DNA from: Proteromonas lacertae
Taxonomy: Eukaryota
DNA: 39,538 nucleotides
Assembly: GCA_002245135.1 (NCBI GenBank)
Contig: NGBS01001213.1
Coordinates: 1 to 39,538 of the forward strand
Direction of reading: 5' to 3'
The notes under the pieces were generated by a model. That model did not search any database. It was not told the origin of the DNA and saw only the letters and a list, made by a program, of their open reading frames with translations. Made by a program: the position numbers and the translations under genes. Numbering within the stretch: position 1 is the first letter of the stretch; every line of letters begins with the position of its first letter. This document shows, in pieces, positions 35,390-39,538 of the stretch.

Positions 35390-35526
35390 CAATACGCATG
35401 TAATTATAATTTTAAGTTTATTGATTCTATATAATGTATTATACTATTGGGTAAAATCATCTGTATAATATACAAAAAGTATTATTCCATGTTTTCTTTA
35501 GTTATTTTTATTTTTTTGTTTATAAA

Positions 35527-35883
35527 ATGCAGAGTTCATATAAGTTTTTATCATGGTTATACACAATATTTGAATCACTAAAAAGAAAAATATTTTCTCA
35601 GTCAAACGAGCAACAACCGCAATCTGAATCTTTAGCTGATCAATTGAGATATAATGAAATGCTAAAACATGTTAAAGATGAAAAATTGAGAGAAAAAAGA
35701 AGAAGACATAATATACGAGCTAGGAACGGATTAGATGAAGGATTCATTTACAGCGAGGATCCAGAAGAATTTGATGAACTAATGGATAGGTACATTACAA
35801 AGCATGATATAAAAGCAAAAAAAGAAATAAAAGAAAAATTTGGATTGGACTTAGACAAAGTAATCTACGGATTATATCATTAA
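35527..35883 (+). CDS. Hypothetical protein
   Basis: 118-aa ATG ORF with protein-like composition. Confidence 0.6.
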   Translation: MQSSYKFLSWLYTIFESLKRKIFSQSNEQQPQSESLADQLRYNEMLKHVKDEKLREKRRRHNIRARNGLDEGFIYSEDPEEFDELMDRYITKHDIKAKKEIKEKFGLDLDKVIYGLYH

Positions 35884-36021
35884 TTAATGTCTCAATTAAT
35901 TAGTCTCATTCTGATATTATTATATTGTGTTAGTCGTAACATTAACTCCCAAAATGAATATTTTTTAGTATATTATTAAAGTTAGTTTATATTTATTTAA
36001 ATCATAATACCATATATAGTT

Positions 36022-36796
36022 TTAATCAAATTCCCAATCATCTAATTGAAATAAAATATCATCATTTTCATGATCTTTTTTAAACTTTTTATTAATTTTT
36101 GATAACTTTTTCAAATCAAATTTTCTCTTATATCTTTTATTTAATGAACCTTTACCATATCTGACAGGACCATACTGTGGTGAATAAGATTCATCACCTT
36201 TCATGTTTCTTCTACATTTTATACATGACTCTTCAATTAATTCTTCAGTATCTTTAGGATAATATTTTAAATCTTCAAGTAAATATTTATCATCATCATA
36301 AACAGAAAAACCATCTTCTAATAATTTGTGTTTTACATATACATATGCTATATCTTTAGCTTCATTATGTTTTACTTCTAAATATGTATCAATTAGTTCA
36401 TAACAAATTCTATCATAAATACTCATCTCACCTTTAATATCATGAAAAGATAAACTGATCTTTCCACAATATAAAAGAATCAAATCCATATTTTATTTTG
36501 ATTGTTGATGGGACACTTTTACCTTGACCTTTAAACCAGTCACTAACAATATCTCTTACAAAATAATTTCCATGATAATCTTCAGTATCTTCTAATTCTT
36601 TAACATATTGGTTTCTTTTAAGTTCAACATACTCAGACAAATTCCAATAAATAAGTCTAAAGTCTTTATCAATTCTAATAGAAATGATATATTTATCATC
36701 ATCTTCATCTTCTATAATGTTTTTTATTACACCTTTTATCACCCATTTTCTATTTAAACCACTCGGTCTTAAAATATGTGTTATTGTGTCAGGCAT
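36022..36796 (-). CDS. Hypothetical protein, probably one gene split by a frameshift near 36490
   Basis: ORFs 36440-36796 and 36022-36489 overlap on the same strand across an A-run (aaaataaaatatg). Confidence 0.55.
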
Positions 36797-36968
36797 ATAG
36801 ATTGATTATACTATATCGAGAAAAATATAAATGATTTATTATTTATATTTTTAAATCTATAATGCAAACATCCAATAATCAATGAGTAGTACGTATTTAT
36901 ATATATGTTATACTAGATATCTTTATGATTTAGTTTTTATTTTCTAAGTGTATTATTAATATATATTA

Positions 36969-37614
36969 ATGAATTCTATAAATGATGATAATAATGATAT
37001 AATTGCAATTAATAATAAATACAATGGTATAGAAGTGCCATATTATACAAAAGCTGATGAAAGCATCAAATGTTCAAGATGCAAAGAAGTATACCAATAT
37101 TGGGAAATGGGTAAGAACAGATGGAATAAATATTATCATATATGCCCTAAATGTAGAGATAAATCTAATATTAACTTTAAATGTAAAACAGATGAAACAG
37201 AAACAGGTTATGCAAGATGTGTCTTATGCAAAAAATCAAAACCATTTGATGAAATGGGTAAAAATAAAGTAACAGGAAGTGTCAATCAATGTTGGCATAG
37301 AGTGTAGAGATAAATCAAAGAATAGCATTAAGATAAACAAAAAGAATGGAAGAAAGATAGATAAAAAAGAAGAATACATTAAATGCAAATGTTTGTTCTG
37401 TGATGAAATGTATAATTGTAAACAAAAATATATTCATGGCAATATCTGCATTAAATGCTATAAATATGTTACAAATATTATAAATGAAATGAATGTAATT
37501 GAAAAAACAAAAACTTTACCAAGAATAACTAGAAATAATGAATTATTTATTGTATTTAGTAGTAGATTTTTAAATGAAATAAATGATCTTCTAAGTAATA
37601 AAAATAATGATTAA
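36969..37614 (+). CDS. C4 zinc-ribbon repeat protein (3 units) split by a frameshift near 37290
   Basis: KCSRCK...EMGKN...ICPKCRDKS; a second unit RCVLCK..KPFDEMGKN... is completed by IECRDKS in the next frame; third unit KCLFCD...ICIKC. Confidence 0.7.
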
Positions 37615-37705
37615 GTTATACTATTATTTAATTCGTTTAATTGTATTTTATGGAAATATTTTTATTTCCAAATTTCTTATATCATAATACATTATTATAA
37701 TAGTT

Positions 37706-38473
37706 ATGAAAAGAAAAATTAGTGAATTATATAATTTATTAAAAGAATATGTAAATGATAGTGATAGCAGTAGTGATGATGATACTGATAGAGACATTGA
37801 AAATGATAAAAAAATAAACAAAGAGTGTGCTCGTCTTGATTATCAATATAATGTTGTTAATAAATCGAATAAAAAAACCTGTAAATTGTTGGAGTCAAAT
37901 GCTCATAATAATAAAGATTTTATTAAATGTGCAAGCTGCAATAAAATAATAAATGAACATCAAATAGCTATTAGAAAAAATGGTGAATATGGTAATATAT
38001 GTAAAGCTTGTCAATATCGCAACAGAATGAATTATTATAAGGAAAAAAGAGCTAAAATAAATAATAATAATATTTCAAATCAATTACATGATAGCATAAT
38101 CATTGGAAATAACAATACTAATAAATATGTATCATGTTCATCATGTCACATGATGTATCACATAAGCATTATGGGAATTAATATGAAATCAAACAAACCT
38201 TACTCAACTTGTCCAACTTGCAGAATTTCTAAAGCAAATAAATATAACAATAATAAGAAGTATGGTAAAAACAAAGTTGATGGCAGATCACTAGCTGAAA
38301 TACTCCCAGAAGGAATGAATAGATGTTCTTACTGTGGCGAGATAAGAAAATATGAAGAAATGGGTATTTATAACAAAACAAATGATTTATTTTCAAAATG
38401 TATAGAATGCAGAAGAAAAGATAAAAATAATAGATACTTAAATCAGAATAAAGTTGTTAAAGGAAATGCGTAA
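37706..38473 (+). CDS. C4 zinc-ribbon repeat protein (3 units)
   Basis: KCASCN...ICKACQ; SCSSCH...MGIN...TCPTCR; RCSYCG...EMGI...KCIECR; intronless. Confidence 0.8.
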   Translation: MKRKISELYNLLKEYVNDSDSSSDDDTDRDIENDKKINKECARLDYQYNVVNKSNKKTCKLLESNAHNNKDFIKCASCNKIINEHQIAIRKNGEYGNICKACQYRNRMNYYKEKRAKINNNNISNQLHDSIIIGNNNTNKYVSCSSCHMMYHISIMGINMKSNKPYSTCPTCRISKANKYNNNKKYGKNKVDGRSLAEILPEGMNRCSYCGEIRKYEEMGIYNKTNDLFSKCIECRRKDKNNRYLNQNKVVKGNA

Positions 38474-38565
38474 CAGTTATTACATAAAATCTATTTAATT
38501 TTCTTAACAATTTATATTTCATTTTTTCTTGTAAAATTGGGTTAAATATACTTATATCTAATACC

Positions 38566-39538
38566 ATGAACAAATCGATAATAAAATATGAATATGATAA
38601 TATAACACCTATTGATAATAATAGTAAAAATATATCTTGTAATATTTCAGAAGAACAAGTATCTAATTTATATTTAAATTTATACAAATGGATTGATAGT
38701 GTCTGTGAAGATGAAATTGATACATCAATTTGCGATGTTATTTTTAATCCTTTAATAACATTTCTAAGGTATTATAAAGATGAAATGAATAGAAATTCAC
38801 CAAAAAAGAAATACTTTTTAATGAATTTAAAAGAATTATTAAACCAATTAGATTACATAGCATACTATGTTCCATTTTTCAACAATACATATGATAGCTA
38901 TGAAAGATATAATGGGTATATAATGAAAATATTATGGGGAAATTATATAAGAAATGGTTATTGGTTTGAAGATAGAATAAAACATACTAACTCTCAAAAT
39001 CTAGAAGAACAATTAAAAAGAAGATTTCAGTCATTTACAGATAATATTGATAAATATATTGGCCAAAAAACCAGCATGAATGGGTTAGAATGTATTCTTG
39101 GATACAGAATAAATTGAATCAATTAGATAGGCAATCAATTAAACGATAAACATGATCCACATTATAAATATTGTTTTGATGAATTTAGAAATAAAAGATT
39201 ATCTAAATATTTAGATATTTGTAATGATACAAATAACATTATGAGAATGTTTATGATACAACAAAGATGGTTTAAAATATCACAATTAGTAGAGATTATA
39301 AGTGAAATTATTGGATTTAAAATAAGATGCAATAAAGAATCAATATATCATAATATTTGCGAAGATTTAATTAGAAGCTTGGCTTTATTAGAGAATGGGA
39401 TAGAGTCTGAAGTGAATCTGATGTTAATAATAATTATATTAATTATACAGTTTATATTTTCCTTTAATATTTTTTGTAAGAGTATTATTATGTCAAATTC
39501 AATTGACTTTATTTTTTTATCTAAATCATTCAGCAATA
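38566..39538 (+). CDS. Hypothetical protein; probably continues past 39117 through a 39-nt intron (3' end unresolved)
   Basis: 183-aa ORF. A GT...TAG segment at 39092-39130 contains both in-frame stops; after it the same frame stays open to the window end (NQLNDKHDPHYKYCFDEFRNKRLSKYLD...). Confidence 0.55.

Larger units (their letters stand above)
32351..39538. mobile_element. Putative foreign island (endogenous DNA virus or large transposon edge) of orphan and C4 zinc-ribbon genes; open at the right end
   Basis: Abrupt change from recognisable, intron-rich housekeeping genes to intron-poor orphans with repeated CxxC...CxxCR units, a tandem duplication and frameshifts. No hallmark gene is visible. 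Confidence 0.5.

Noticed and set aside
39348..39536. Minus-strand 62-aa ORF as a separate gene
   Set aside because: It is cut by the window edge and overlaps the open + frame; it could be the 3' end of a convergent gene but cannot be resolved.

Overview
This is a very AT-rich, gene-dense eukaryotic (protist) window. Its GT...AG introns are mostly 25-40 nt, and three genes have a TGTTTGTT motif just downstream of the stop. Both traits suggest Blastocystis or a close opalinate stramenopile relative (inference). Bases 1-11.5 kb hold one giant class C (7tm_3, GABA-B-like) GPCR whose ectodomain is an array of at least 9 UrtA/AmiC-like periplasmic-binding-protein domains; the first 5.3 kb is broken by small indels. 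Bases 11.6-31.8 kb hold compact host genes: a stand-alone biotin-carrier protein, a CC1-box coiled-coil protein, RPN8/PSMD7, a PGSIP7/8-like GT8, a GT4-like glycosyltransferase, a CCDC151/ODAD3-like protein, a BTB-Ig-SPRY protein, a GH79 heparanase-like enzyme whose acid/base Glu is Gln, SPATA17, SURF6, and a signal-peptide-bearing tandem SET-domain protein. At about 32.3 kb a disrupted small gene and a short (TAACCC)n tract mark a switch to an intron-poor island of orphan ORFs with 10 C4 zinc-ribbon units and a 158-bp tandem duplication. The island may be the edge of an endogenous DNA virus or large mobile element, but no hallmark gene lies inside the window. All family calls come from motif recognition by eye; no searches were run.
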